From NCBI GenBank assembly GCA_963760795.1, contig CAVXEP010000004.1, positions 192,001-256,000 on the forward strand: a stretch of 64,000 bases of DNA, given 5' to 3'. This DNA is from an uncultured delta proteobacterium. Its GTDB lineage: Bacteria; Desulfobacterota; Binatia; UBA9968. A program made the translations under genes and the position numbers. How positions within the stretch are numbered: the first letter of the stretch is position 1; each line of letters starts with the position of its first letter. This document shows, piece after piece, positions 9,377 through 19,059 of the stretch. The notes below the pieces were generated by a model. That model did not search any database, was not told the DNA's origin, and saw nothing but the letters and a program-made list of their open reading frames with translations.

Positions 9377-10762
9377 TTAAGCCTTAATTTTGTATTCTTC
9401 GAGCTTACGGTAGAGCGTTGTTCGGTCGACACCAAGCATCTTAGCGGCTTCGCTCTTGTTGCCTTGGGTCGACTCTAACACTTTGCCGATATATTCACGT
9501 TCGAGATCGGCGAGCGTAAACTGTTTGGCGATGCCCTGAACCATGAGAATTTCTAGTTCAGCTTTTTTAGCCATGGCGGGCGGCAAATCGTCCATCCCGA
9601 TCATAGCTCCTTTTCCCAGAAGTACCGCCCTTTCGATGGTGTGTTCGAGTTCACGGATGTTACCCGGCCATTCGTAAGCCTTTAACGCCGCCATGGCATC
9701 GGCGCTAACTCCGTCGACTTGATGTGTGGCGCCGGCGGCGAACTTTTGCACAAAATGATTCACCAGCAACGGAATGTCGTGGCTGCGCTGGCGCAGGGCC
9801 GGCAATTCGATGCGAATGACGTTGAGCCGATAATAAAGGTCTTGCCTGAACTTGCCGCTTTGCACCTGGTCGACAAGGTTGCGATTGGACGCCGATACGA
9901 CGCGGGCGTCGATCTTTTCGCTTTGATTGGCGCCCAGCGGACGGACTTCCTTATCTTCCAATAGGCGCAGCAGTTTTGCCTGTAGAGCGAGGGGAATTTC
10001 GCCTATTTCATCCAAAAATAGCACGCCGCCGCTGGCCTCCTGAAACAAACCGCGACGATCTTTTCGGGCGTCGGTGAAAGCGCCGCGGACATAGCCGAAC
10101 AATTCGCTTTCAAGCAAATTTTCCGGAATCGCCGCGCAGTTCACCGCGACAAACGGCCCCGTCGCTCGCGAGCTATTCTGATGGATCGCGCGGGCAATCA
10201 ATTCTTTGCCGGTGCCGCTTTCCCCTTCGATCAATACATTAGCGGGCAGGTCAGCCACTTGCGCGGTGATTTCCAAGACCCGCTGGATCGCCTCGCTCTG
10301 GCCGATGATATTGCGAAAGCGATCGCGCGCCTGAACCTCGGTGCGCAGCCTTTTGAGTTCGGCGCGAAGTGCCGTCTGTTCCAATGCGCGCTTAACCTGG
10401 ATCAGAATCTCGTCATTATGGAAAGGTTTAGTCACGTAATGAAATGCGCCCGCGCGCATCGCCTCCACGGCGCTTTCGATGGTGCCAAATGCCGTAACCA
10501 ACAGCACTAGCGCGCCATTGTCGATCTCGCGCAAACGCCGCACCAGCTCCGTGCCCTTCATTCTTGGCATCATCAGGTCGGTAATCGTCAAGGCAAAAGA
10601 ACTGGTTTGGAATTTCTCGATGGCCGTGTCGCCGTCGTTAGCCACCTCGACCGCATAGCCGTCATCGCACAACAAATCCGTCAGCAGTTGACACATCGCG
10701 GCATCGTCATCGACCACAAGAATACGCGCCAATGGATTCTTCAGTGCTTGATTAGCCTTCAT
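9377..10762 (-). CDS. Sigma-54-dependent response regulator (NtrC/AtoC family)
   Basis: Receiver ILVVDDD, GESGTGKE, ELFGYVRGAFTDA, WPGNIREL, Fis-type HTH AAKMLGVDRTTLYRK. Confidence 0.95.
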   Translation of the reverse strand: MKANQALKNPLARILVVDDDAAMCQLLTDLLCDDGYAVEVANDGDTAIEKFQTSSFALTITDLMMPRMKGTELVRRLREIDNGALVLLVTAFGTIESAVEAMRAGAFHYVTKPFHNDEILIQVKRALEQTALRAELKRLRTEVQARDRFRNIIGQSEAIQRVLEITAQVADLPANVLIEGESGTGKELIARAIHQNSSRATGPFVAVNCAAIPENLLESELFGYVRGAFTDARKDRRGLFQEASGGVLFLDEIGEIPLALQAKLLRLLEDKEVRPLGANQSEKIDARVVSASNRNLVDQVQSGKFRQDLYYRLNVIRIELPALRQRSHDIPLLVNHFVQKFAAGATHQVDGVSADAMAALKAYEWPGNIRELEHTIERAVLLGKGAMIGMDDLPPAMAKKAELEILMVQGIAKQFTLADLEREYIGKVLESTQGNKSEAAKMLGVDRTTLYRKLEEYKIKA

Positions 10763-12300
10763 GCGACCATTTCCCGCTGTACCCCCACCGGGGCGATGGT
10801 TTCGGTCGGCAGGACAATTTCAAACCGGGTATAGGCGCCGAGCCGACTGTCGACGCGGATCTCGCCCTGATGATCCTTGATTATGCCGTAAGCGACCGAC
10901 AACCCAAGTCCCGTGCCTTCGCCCACGTCTTTGGTTGTGAAAAACGGGTCGAATACCTTTGCGAGATGTTCGGCGGGGATGCCGGCGCCGTTGTCTTCAA
11001 AGTTAATCCGCAGCTTGTCATCGTCAATCATGCCGTTGTCATTGGCGCTCTGATGGCGAACCAGCTCTGCGGTGATTTCGATAGTTCCACCGGGTGGCAA
11101 AGCGTGCAGCGAATTGAGAAACAGGTTGATAAACACCTGCTGCAGCTGATGCGGATCACCTTTAATACTGGGCAGCGTTGGGGCTATTTTGACGTGGACG
11201 GCAATATTCTTTTCGACGATTTTAAGTTCCAGAAGGCCGGTCACGGTAGCGAGCAGTTGTACTAAATCGACGCTGCGAAAGGCCGGTTCGCGGCGCCGGG
11301 AAAACTCCAAAAGCTGGCGAACGATCCCGGCGATCCGATCGATTTGCGATCGAATGATCTGCAAATTGTCGTCGATTTCCTCGGCGCTTCGCTGTCGCCG
11401 CAACAAGAATTCGGCGCGGCCGCCGATAATACCTAAAGGCGTGCCGATCTCATGAGCCAGGCCGGCGGCGAATTGACCGACGGACGCGAGCTTTTCCGAT
11501 TGCCGCAGGTTTCGCTCCAGAGTCAACCGTTCCTGCTGCTCTTCGATCAGTCGGCCGTACAAGTCCTGAAGACGTTCGCACATCCGGTTGAATTCACCCG
11601 CCAACGAACTGATTTCGCTTTTCTCCTGGATTTGAATTCGTTCCTGCCAGCGTCCATCGCCGATGGCTCGAATGCGCTCGATGAGCCCGTCAATCGGCCG
11701 CACGACGTTACGCCGCACGAAAAACAAAATGAGCAGCGAAAGCAGCGCGATCATAATCGAACTCGTGACGATGATGCGATTGCGTCGGGTCTCGAGGATT
11801 AGGCTGGAGTCTAAGCCGCGCCGCGCGAGCACGAACGCGCCAATGAGTTGATTGTCATGATTTCTAATCGGACCGATCCGGTAATAAATCGGATAGGCGG
11901 AATTTTCGACAAGCCCCTCCGATTCCTCACCGGTACGGAGCACCTCGCGTGGAGAAATACCCAGCACTGGAGCCGGATCGAGGTTGGGGTATTCCTGAGT
12001 GCGGGTCAGAGACACCGACAGCGCCACTGGGTTGGCCGATCGGTCATAGACGACGAGGCCATGAATATTACCCTTCCTGCCGACACCATCGATAAAATCC
12101 TTCGTCGCTTGAACATCACCGGCATCGCCATAGATGAAACGCAATGCGGCTTGAACTGAGCGGGATAGTCCCACCATCCCAACGCGCATTTCCCGCAAGA
12201 TATTTTCTTCATCCTGACGAAGGCTCAAATATCCATGTACCAGCATGATGATGACAATTGTCGATATCAGAGAGACAACGAGTTTTGTTCCGAGCCTCAT
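10759..12300 (-). CDS. Membrane sensor histidine kinase with HAMP domain
   Basis: Two TM segments, HAMP, AHEIGTPL H-box, QVFINLFLNS, DNGAGI, FFTTKDVGEGTGLGL. Confidence 0.95.
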   Translation of the reverse strand: MRLGTKLVVSLISTIVIIMLVHGYLSLRQDEENILREMRVGMVGLSRSVQAALRFIYGDAGDVQATKDFIDGVGRKGNIHGLVVYDRSANPVALSVSLTRTQEYPNLDPAPVLGISPREVLRTGEESEGLVENSAYPIYYRIGPIRNHDNQLIGAFVLARRGLDSSLILETRRNRIIVTSSIMIALLSLLILFFVRRNVVRPIDGLIERIRAIGDGRWQERIQIQEKSEISSLAGEFNRMCERLQDLYGRLIEEQQERLTLERNLRQSEKLASVGQFAAGLAHEIGTPLGIIGGRAEFLLRRQRSAEEIDDNLQIIRSQIDRIAGIVRQLLEFSRRREPAFRSVDLVQLLATVTGLLELKIVEKNIAVHVKIAPTLPSIKGDPHQLQQVFINLFLNSLHALPPGGTIEITAELVRHQSANDNGMIDDDKLRINFEDNGAGIPAEHLAKVFDPFFTTKDVGEGTGLGLSVAYGIIKDHQGEIRVDSRLGAYTRFEIVLPTETIAPVGVQREMVA

Positions 12301-12405
12301 GGGAATAGTCGATCCAGTCGATTCAATTCAGCCAGCCTGAGCCGATAGAACGGTCCGCGTAAATTCGACATTACCGAGACAGCCAAGAGTCACCGTTGCG
12401 GCCCA

Positions 12406-12442
12406 TGTTGCAAAATGCCTCGGTCTGTTGAATTTTACAACA
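12406..12442. promoter_or_regulatory. Tandem putative enhancer (bEBP-binding) sites
   Basis: TGTTGCAAAATGCCTCG and the palindromic TGTTGAATTTTACAACA, 20 bp apart, ~140-180 bp upstream of a sigma-54 promoter. Confidence 0.6.
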
Positions 12443-12582
12443 AATTTCTAATTGCTTTGTCGATACAGTAAGTTTCTGCGCGCTAGGCTCAAACGACTTC
12501 GCAATGTTTCAATTTGCCACACTTTTCTCAGCACCATCGTTCGGAGTTACCCGTTTTATCTGAGATTAAATCGCGCGATTCA

Positions 12583-12598
12583 TGGCATCGCAATTGCT
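12583..12598 (+). promoter_or_regulatory. Sigma-54 -24/-12 promoter
   Basis: TGGCATCGCAATTGCT matches GG-N10-GC with the TGGCA and TTGCW consensus. Confidence 0.75.
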
Positions 12599-12659
12599 GA
12601 ACCAGCGCCTGCGGCATGTGCAAAAACATGTCGACAAATTTAACGGAGGAAAACTGACG

Positions 12660-12779
12660 ATGTTGAAAAAACTCTGGGGGGCGATGCTAATAGTCGCACT
12701 ATTCGCGCTTGCGGGTTGCCCTGAGGTTTCACAACAGGGCAGCGGCGGATCGTCCGAAAAATCGGGCCAGCCAGATTAA
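12660..12779 (+). CDS. 39-aa small lipoprotein
   Basis: GGAGG RBS; MLKKLWGAMLIVALFALAGC with lipobox LAGC followed by a short polar tail. Confidence 0.75.
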   Translation: MLKKLWGAMLIVALFALAGCPEVSQQGSGGSSEKSGQPD

Positions 12780-13060
12780 CGCCGACTTTCAATCAACCCA
12801 CTTCGACGCGCGGCAACGTCATTACTTCAATGGGCTGCCGCGCGTCGACGCATCCGACCACAGCTTTCTGCGCTGTCTTGGGGAAATATCATCCCCAACG
12901 ACCCTAGTTTCGCCGCGCAGTTCTGCGGTTCCGCAAATTCCGCCATCGCACTTGATCAAGATTAAGCTTTGATATTCGGCGGCACTCCGCCTTCCAGTGC
13001 CGCAAGAGGGCACGCTGCGCAACCCATAGCCATCACATCCGCTCAGCCATTAGCGACTGG

Positions 13061-14506
13061 CTATGGGGTTTTCAGCCCAAGCTCATTGGCCACCGCTTGC
13101 TCGACGACGGTGCCCTTGAAGAAGCCTGGATTGTTGCGCGTGTGCAGCTGCGCGGCGTTGGTGAAGGTGAACTCGCGGAAATCCTGCGCCGTTACGAAGC
13201 CCTTCTCGACCATTTCAAACGCTTCAGGAATCACCTCCCTGAAATCGGGCACGTCGAAATGCGTGAAGTCGGAGCTGAAGACCGGCCGAAGGCGCACGCC
13301 CATACGCGGATCGAAGGCCCACATGGTTGCCCGATCGTCGGCCTCGCAGCCGAAGTAGAAGTTGCCGGAGAACACTGCTCGAACATCCTCTTTTGAGTTA
13401 ATTCCTGCCGCTTCAAAGTCGTCGGAAACATGCTCAGGCCGCGCGAGCTCTTCAAGACTGCACTCCGGGCGGAATGCGTCCAGGCTGTTCATGATCGCGT
13501 CGGCGTTGGCTTTCAGTCTCTGATCGCCATACTTGCCGATCAGCTGATGCATCTCGGCGACGCTGGTTGCGCCCGGGTACTGCAGCCCGGCACGGCGCCG
13601 CTTCTCCCAGTGTTCGATCATATCGGCGCACATCTGACAGGCCCAGCTCACGCCGCCTTCCATGAAGCCGAAATTGAGGCTCGGGTAGCGTCGCACCAGG
13701 CCGCCGAGGAAAACGCCGCGCGCAAAGGCGTGGTTCGATTCAGCGAAGTGGCCAACGTGGTTATAAGTGAAGTTGCTGATCGACGCGCGATCTTGCCAGC
13801 GGCCGCTGCCCGAGTGTTGGGTCACGGCCACACCGAGGTCGACGCAGCGCTGCCAAAACGGCTCGTAGTCATAGGGGCTGTCCAAGGCGATGGTATCGCA
13901 GTACCATTCAGCCCTGCCCCGCTCATCGATTCCTTCCGCCGCCGCTGGAATCGTCCGTTCCTGGTTTCCCCGCAGCATGACCGCTTTAAACCCCCGCTGC
14001 CTGACCGCGTATTCCAGCTCGTCGAGGGCTTCATCCGGCGTATGCGAAGGAATGATCGCTACCGGCGCAAACCTTGCGACATACGGCGCGAACATGTCAG
14101 CCGTCATCATGTTGTAGGCACGGACCGCGGCCCGGTGCAGTTCGCCTTGGGCCATGCCATTGATGCTGAGCCCGAAGCTCGGATAGATCAGCGCGAAGTC
14201 GATACCCAATTCGGGCAGCCGCTCATTCAGCAAGGCCGGCAGCAGCGCGGTTGCCTTGTCGAGCGTATTGCTGGTCACACCCCACCAGATGGCGCGGCGC
14301 AAGCGATGGTGCTGCCGTTCCGGCCAAGTGGCCCGGTACCACGCGTCCCGCGCGCGCCAGAGCGCCCTCATCTGGTCGACAGATTTAGGGCCGCCCACTT
14401 CGCTCAAGTATTCGAGGAAGACCGGAATCGGCTCCATCCAATGGCCGTCGCCGTCGATTACCGGATGCTTCAGTTCGGCGTGTATCTGTGCAGCTCGATT
14501 TTCCAT
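13061..14506 (-). CDS. Amidohydrolase family protein (Amidohydro_2)
   Basis: HPVIDGDGH, GFMEGGVSWA, FYFGCEADD, FSSDFTHFDV. Confidence 0.88.
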   Translation of the reverse strand: MENRAAQIHAELKHPVIDGDGHWMEPIPVFLEYLSEVGGPKSVDQMRALWRARDAWYRATWPERQHHRLRRAIWWGVTSNTLDKATALLPALLNERLPELGIDFALIYPSFGLSINGMAQGELHRAAVRAYNMMTADMFAPYVARFAPVAIIPSHTPDEALDELEYAVRQRGFKAVMLRGNQERTIPAAAEGIDERGRAEWYCDTIALDSPYDYEPFWQRCVDLGVAVTQHSGSGRWQDRASISNFTYNHVGHFAESNHAFARGVFLGGLVRRYPSLNFGFMEGGVSWACQMCADMIEHWEKRRRAGLQYPGATSVAEMHQLIGKYGDQRLKANADAIMNSLDAFRPECSLEELARPEHVSDDFEAAGINSKEDVRAVFSGNFYFGCEADDRATMWAFDPRMGVRLRPVFSSDFTHFDVPDFREVIPEAFEMVEKGFVTAQDFREFTFTNAAQLHTRNNPGFFKGTVVEQAVANELGLKTP

Positions 14507-14723
14507 AGTCGCTACTCCTCTGAGGAATTTACTTCCTCTATAATCGCTAAGCCGGCGCGTCGTCAATCGCAATCGATGGCACGAGTGTTCGGGTAAAATA
14601 TGACGGACAGGGCCGGCACAAGGTTGGAGTTTCACCCGCGATTGCTGCAATCATCGACTGGACATTCACTCGACCCTGACATATGAAATCGCTATTCCGT
14701 CAAAACCGCAAGGGAGTTCTGCC

Positions 14724-16208
14724 ATGGCTTTTAATATTCTCGAAACCACCATCGACCAGGTCCACGCCGCCTATAGATCCGGCGAGTTGACCTGCCGTCA
14801 ACTGGTGCAAATGTATCTCGATCGCATCGCCGCCTATGACAAAAATGGCCCGGCGATCAATGCGATCATTTCGCTCAATCCCGACGCGCTCACAGAAGCC
14901 GACCGTCTCGACGCCGCGCACAAGGCCGCGGGTCCGGTGGGGCCGCTGCACGGCATACCGATCGTCATGAAGGACCAGGGCGACGCGACGCCGATGCCGA
15001 CGACTTTGGGCTCGTTGCTGTTCAAAGATTATTATCCCGGCCGCGATGCCTTCGTCGTCGCCCAGCTCAAAAAAGCCGGCGCCATCATCATCGGCAAAGC
15101 GACCCTCGGTGAACTCGGCGGCGGCGACACCCATGGTTCGTTATTCGGCTCGACGAAAAATCCCTATGCTCTCGACCGCACCGCCGGCGGCTCCTCGGGC
15201 GGCTCGGGCGCCAGCGTGTCGGCAAACTTCTGCACGGTGGCGGTCGGCCAGGAAGGCTTCGCGTCGATCCGCCGGCCATCGACGTGGAATTGTGTCTCGG
15301 GCATGCGCCCCACCGCCGGCCTGGTGAGCCGCGGCGGTGTTTACGCCGGCTGGCCTTCGGTCAATGGTTCCCTAGGTCCAATGGCGCGCACCGTCACCGA
15401 CCTGGCCAAACTGCTCGACAACATGGTCGGCTACGACCCCGACGATCCGGTGACCGCGCGCGGCGTCGGCCGGATTCCGGAGAGTTTTACAAAATTTCTC
15501 GATCACAACGGTCTCAAAGACGCGCGCATCGGCATCCTGCGCGAGTCCATGGGTTACGACGCCGAGCCGGGCTCGGAGGATTTCGCGAAGATCACCGAAG
15601 TGTTCGACAAAGCGATAAGCGATCTTAAACGCGCAGGCGCTGTCGTCGTCGATCCGATCGTCATCGCGAATCTAAAAGCGCTCCTAGCCAAACGCGCCGG
15701 CAGCTTCGCCGACGATGAAGAATCTTTTAGAGAATACTTCGGCCGCGGCGGCAAACCGCCCTACGCCTCGCGCCAAGCGGCGATGCAGTCGCCGGACTTC
15801 CAGAAGGTCGTCAAAGGTTCGCGCGAACGCTGGTCGCGCTCACCTTCCAATGAAGCGAATTACGAATATTTGAAAGCGCGCGAAGAACTGATGATCAACC
15901 TCTTGCAAGTCATGGCCGAGCACCGCCTCGATGCCATCGTGCATAAGGCCGTGGAACATCAGCCGACGTTGATCAAGGACGGCGTCAATCCGCCCTACGT
16001 CGATCAAAAGGGCGCGCCCCATATCAATACGTTTTTAGTCTACGTGCCGTCGGTGGTGGTGCCGGCGGGATTCACCCGCGACCAGCTGCCCGCTGGGATT
16101 ACCTTTCTCGGCCGCCCCTACGACGACGGCAACATGATCAAGTTCGCCTACGCCTACGAGCAGGCGACCAAACATCGCCAACCGCCGTCGAGCGTGACAC
16201 CGCTGTGA
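14724..16208 (+). CDS. Amidase signature family protein
   Basis: GPLHGIPIVMKD, GGSSGGSG, SIRRP, GPMARTVTD, YAYEQAT. Confidence 0.92.
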   Translation: MAFNILETTIDQVHAAYRSGELTCRQLVQMYLDRIAAYDKNGPAINAIISLNPDALTEADRLDAAHKAAGPVGPLHGIPIVMKDQGDATPMPTTLGSLLFKDYYPGRDAFVVAQLKKAGAIIIGKATLGELGGGDTHGSLFGSTKNPYALDRTAGGSSGGSGASVSANFCTVAVGQEGFASIRRPSTWNCVSGMRPTAGLVSRGGVYAGWPSVNGSLGPMARTVTDLAKLLDNMVGYDPDDPVTARGVGRIPESFTKFLDHNGLKDARIGILRESMGYDAEPGSEDFAKITEVFDKAISDLKRAGAVVVDPIVIANLKALLAKRAGSFADDEESFREYFGRGGKPPYASRQAAMQSPDFQKVVKGSRERWSRSPSNEANYEYLKAREELMINLLQVMAEHRLDAIVHKAVEHQPTLIKDGVNPPYVDQKGAPHINTFLVYVPSVVVPAGFTRDQLPAGITFLGRPYDDGNMIKFAYAYEQATKHRQPPSSVTPL

Positions 16209-16267
16209 GCCAAGCGCGTAAGACCACATCCGGTTGCCATGCCAGACCCGCCTGCTATAGTAGCGAG

Positions 16268-16573
16268 ATGCGCAGGTTACTGTTCATTTACTTGCTACTG
16301 TTACCGCTGCTTTTGGCAAGCTCACTGGGAGTTGCCGCGGCCATGAGCGACTCCGGCTCAAGCTCGCCGTGGAGCAACCCGTTCGTTACCACGAGCGAAA
16401 TCATCGACGAAGACAACGGCGTCAGCGTCGGCAATCTGTTTACCGCCGCGCCGAGGTTTGACTCAGTGGCATCTTGCATAGTGGCTATTCTTGGACTGGC
16501 CCCTTGGACCGATCGTGCCGATGGATTCGTTCAACCGCCCATGTTCCTGCTCAACCATATCTTTCTGATTTGA
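16268..16573 (+). CDS. Hypothetical protein with N-terminal hydrophobic segment
   Basis: MRRLLFIYLLLLPLLLAS start; ends PPMFLLNHIFLI. Confidence 0.5.
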   Translation: MRRLLFIYLLLLPLLLASSLGVAAAMSDSGSSSPWSNPFVTTSEIIDEDNGVSVGNLFTAAPRFDSVASCIVAILGLAPWTDRADGFVQPPMFLLNHIFLI

Positions 16574-16682
16574 CCAAATCTCTCCTGGGTCTGCTTTCCA
16601 CAAGCATTACTAACCGTTCCAGCTGTGGCTGCCTGCTCTTTCGGCAACCAGCCGGCAACGCAACTAGTCGAGGAGAGATTTT

Positions 16683-16787
16683 ATGGGAGATTTTCCAATC
16701 GCGATGAAACTAGCTGTTTGGGGCATTATCGGCCTGACAATTTTGTATAGCCTCTGGGGCATCTATCAGTCATTAACGCGGGTTTGA
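16683..16787 (+). CDS. 34-aa single-pass membrane peptide (not in ORF track)
   Basis: GAGGAG RBS then MGDFPIAMKLAVWGIIGLTILYSLWGIYQSLTRV-stop. Confidence 0.6.
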   Translation: MGDFPIAMKLAVWGIIGLTILYSLWGIYQSLTRV

Positions 16788-16970
16788 TCGACCAACGTGC
16801 ATGAGGCAACGGCCGTGAATCGACTCGCGGTCGTTGCCCCCACAGGCCTGACAGCTTTTTGCAACAAATCCGCCGGCAACGATTACCGCTAAAATTTGCA
16901 TCCTATCAGTGCTGGCGCCGCCGACCCGTTTGGTGCTAAAAAAGCTCCAAACGTTTCCCGGGAGGCAGCG

Positions 16971-17297
16971 ATGCAATTCTACCGACTCCACGCCGGCGCC
17001 GACGGCCAATCTCATTTCGAACCATTGGACAGTAACAAGGCGACCTACTTCAACGACACCAAGCCAGCCACAAGCCATCTGTTTCGCGACGACTTCGCGC
17101 CTCATATCGTCAACTTCCACCGCGCTCCCCGACGCCGCTGGGTGGTGACACTGACGGGCAGTGTGAAAATCGGCTTGGGCGACGGCAGCAGTATGACTTT
17201 TTATCCCGGCGATGTTTTCCTCGCCGAAGATACTACCGGCCAAGGTCACACGGCGACACCAACCAATTGGACCAGGCTGTATGTGAATCTCGACTGA
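16971..17297 (+). CDS. Small cupin-domain protein
   Basis: GGAGG RBS; GADGQSHFE, FHRAPRRRWVVTLTG, PGDVFLAEDTTGQGH. Confidence 0.85.
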   Translation: MQFYRLHAGADGQSHFEPLDSNKATYFNDTKPATSHLFRDDFAPHIVNFHRAPRRRWVVTLTGSVKIGLGDGSSMTFYPGDVFLAEDTTGQGHTATPTNWTRLYVNLD

Positions 17298-17305
17298 GTA
17301 TAAAT

Positions 17306-17390
17306 TGGCGTGATGGAATTGGAGTAACGGAATGTTGCTTACTCCGAACCCCATTACTCCAACACTCCACTACTCCATCACTCCAATCCC
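17306..17390. repeat. Family B 8-bp-periodic inverted repeat (TGGAGTRW / WYACTCCA)
   Basis: tggcgtgatggaattggagtaacggaatgttg ... ccattactccaacactccactactccatcactcca. Confidence 0.8.
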
Positions 17391-17396
17391 ACTGCC

Positions 17397-18884
17397 ATGA
17401 ACCAAGCGAGCCCCAGCGGCAAAGTTTACTTCGTCGACACCACCTTGCGCGATGGCCAGTTGAGCCTTTGGGCGTCCAACATGCGCACTGCCATGATGCT
17501 GCCGATTGCCGAACACCTCGATCAGGCCGGCTTCGAAGCCATCGAGATCATGTCATCGGCGTTTTACAAGAAATGCGTGCGCGATTTAAGAGACGATCCG
17601 TGGGAACGGATTCGCCTATTGGCGAAGCTGATCAGGAAAACCCCGCTGCGCTCGATTCGCAGCCGCTCTATGCTGGCGTTTCAGTTGACCGCGCCGGCGA
17701 TCACCGATCTGTGGCTCGAACGGTTGGCCGCCAACGGCATCCATGAACTGCGCACCTCCGATCCGTCGAACACGCCGAGATACTGGCGCGAAGCGGTCGA
17801 CGGCGCCAAGCGCGTCGGCCTGAAGACGATCTTGAATATTATTTATTCGATCTCGCCCAAGCATACCGACGAATATTTTATCCAACGCAGCCGCGAAGCG
17901 GCCAAGCTCGACGTCGAACGGATCTGCTTCAAAGATCCCGGCGGTCTGTTGACCCCGGAGTCGACGCGCCGTCTGGTGCCGTTGATCCAGCGCGAAGCCA
18001 ATGGCAAACCGGTGGAGTTTCACACCCACTGCAACACCGGCCTGGGCGCGATTTGTTGCCTCGAAGCGATCCAGCTCGGCATCACGTCGATTAACACGGC
18101 GATCCCGCCGCTTGCCGACGGTTCGTCGAATCCATCGCTTTTCAACGTCGCCATGAATGCCCGCGCGCTGGGTTATCAGACCAGGGTCGACGAGGAGATG
18201 GTCAAACCCGTACGCGACCATTTCATGATGGTAGCGAAGCAGGAGAATCTGCCGATAGGGCGACCGTTGGCATACGACGCGTTGCATCCATTGCACCAAG
18301 TGCCCGGCGGCATGATTTCTAACTTTCGTTTTCAGCTGGCTAATCTGGCCAAGCTCGACCAGCTGCCCGCGGTGCTCGAAGAAGTCACACGCGTCCGCGC
18401 CGAGTTCGGCTATCCGATCATGGTGACGCCCTACTCGCAGTTCTTCGGCGTCCAAGCCGCGATCAACGTCATGGTCGGCGCGCGCTACCAAGAAGTCACC
18501 GATGAGGTGCTGCTTTACGCCTTGGGCTACTGGGGCGAAGAGGAAGCGGAGTCCATCGACGCCAATCTCAGGGATCGCTTGGTGAGCAGTGCGCGCGCCA
18601 AGGAATTGGCGAAGGTCAAAATCCCCGACATTGGCTTGGCAGAATTTCGAATGAAATTTGGCGGCGACAGCGTCAGCGACGACGACAAGCTGCTCAACTT
18701 CTTTGCCGGCGCGGAAGCCCTGGCGGCGTTGAAAGCCGCCGGTACGCCGAAGGATTTCGCCAGCCCGGGCACCCCGCTCGTCGCCTTGATCGAGCAACTG
18801 AGCCGGCGCAAGGACTCAAAGCAAGTGTATATCAAGCGTGCGGGATTTAGTTTGCGAATGGCACGACGACGACCGGCTGATTAA
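17397..18884 (+). CDS. Pyruvate carboxylase B / oxaloacetate decarboxylase alpha-like carboxyltransferase, with no biotinyl domain
   Basis: DTTLRDG, DPWERIR, CFKDPGGLLTP, FHTHC, HQVPGGMISN, GYPIMVTPYSQ. Confidence 0.88.
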   Translation: MNQASPSGKVYFVDTTLRDGQLSLWASNMRTAMMLPIAEHLDQAGFEAIEIMSSAFYKKCVRDLRDDPWERIRLLAKLIRKTPLRSIRSRSMLAFQLTAPAITDLWLERLAANGIHELRTSDPSNTPRYWREAVDGAKRVGLKTILNIIYSISPKHTDEYFIQRSREAAKLDVERICFKDPGGLLTPESTRRLVPLIQREANGKPVEFHTHCNTGLGAICCLEAIQLGITSINTAIPPLADGSSNPSLFNVAMNARALGYQTRVDEEMVKPVRDHFMMVAKQENLPIGRPLAYDALHPLHQVPGGMISNFRFQLANLAKLDQLPAVLEEVTRVRAEFGYPIMVTPYSQFFGVQAAINVMVGARYQEVTDEVLLYALGYWGEEEAESIDANLRDRLVSSARAKELAKVKIPDIGLAEFRMKFGGDSVSDDDKLLNFFAGAEALAALKAAGTPKDFASPGTPLVALIEQLSRRKDSKQVYIKRAGFSLRMARRRPAD

Positions 18885-18931
18885 GTTACGGCGTTACTCG
18901 CGGCGGCAGAGCCGCAATCAAAAAGAAGAAT

Positions 18932-18957
18932 AACCGCAAAGAATCCAAAGGGCACAA
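18932..18957. repeat. Family A repeat, degenerate solo copy
   Basis: AACCGCAAAGAATCCAAAGGGCACAA. Confidence 0.6.
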
Positions 18958-19059
18958 TAAAGCCTCGGGAGTTGTTGGGGCGGCCCGGTGCACCTCGTTC
19001 AGGCCATGCCTCGGCTAGCCAGAGTTGATTTAGTGACTAATCCGAGGCTAGCTGAGGCC

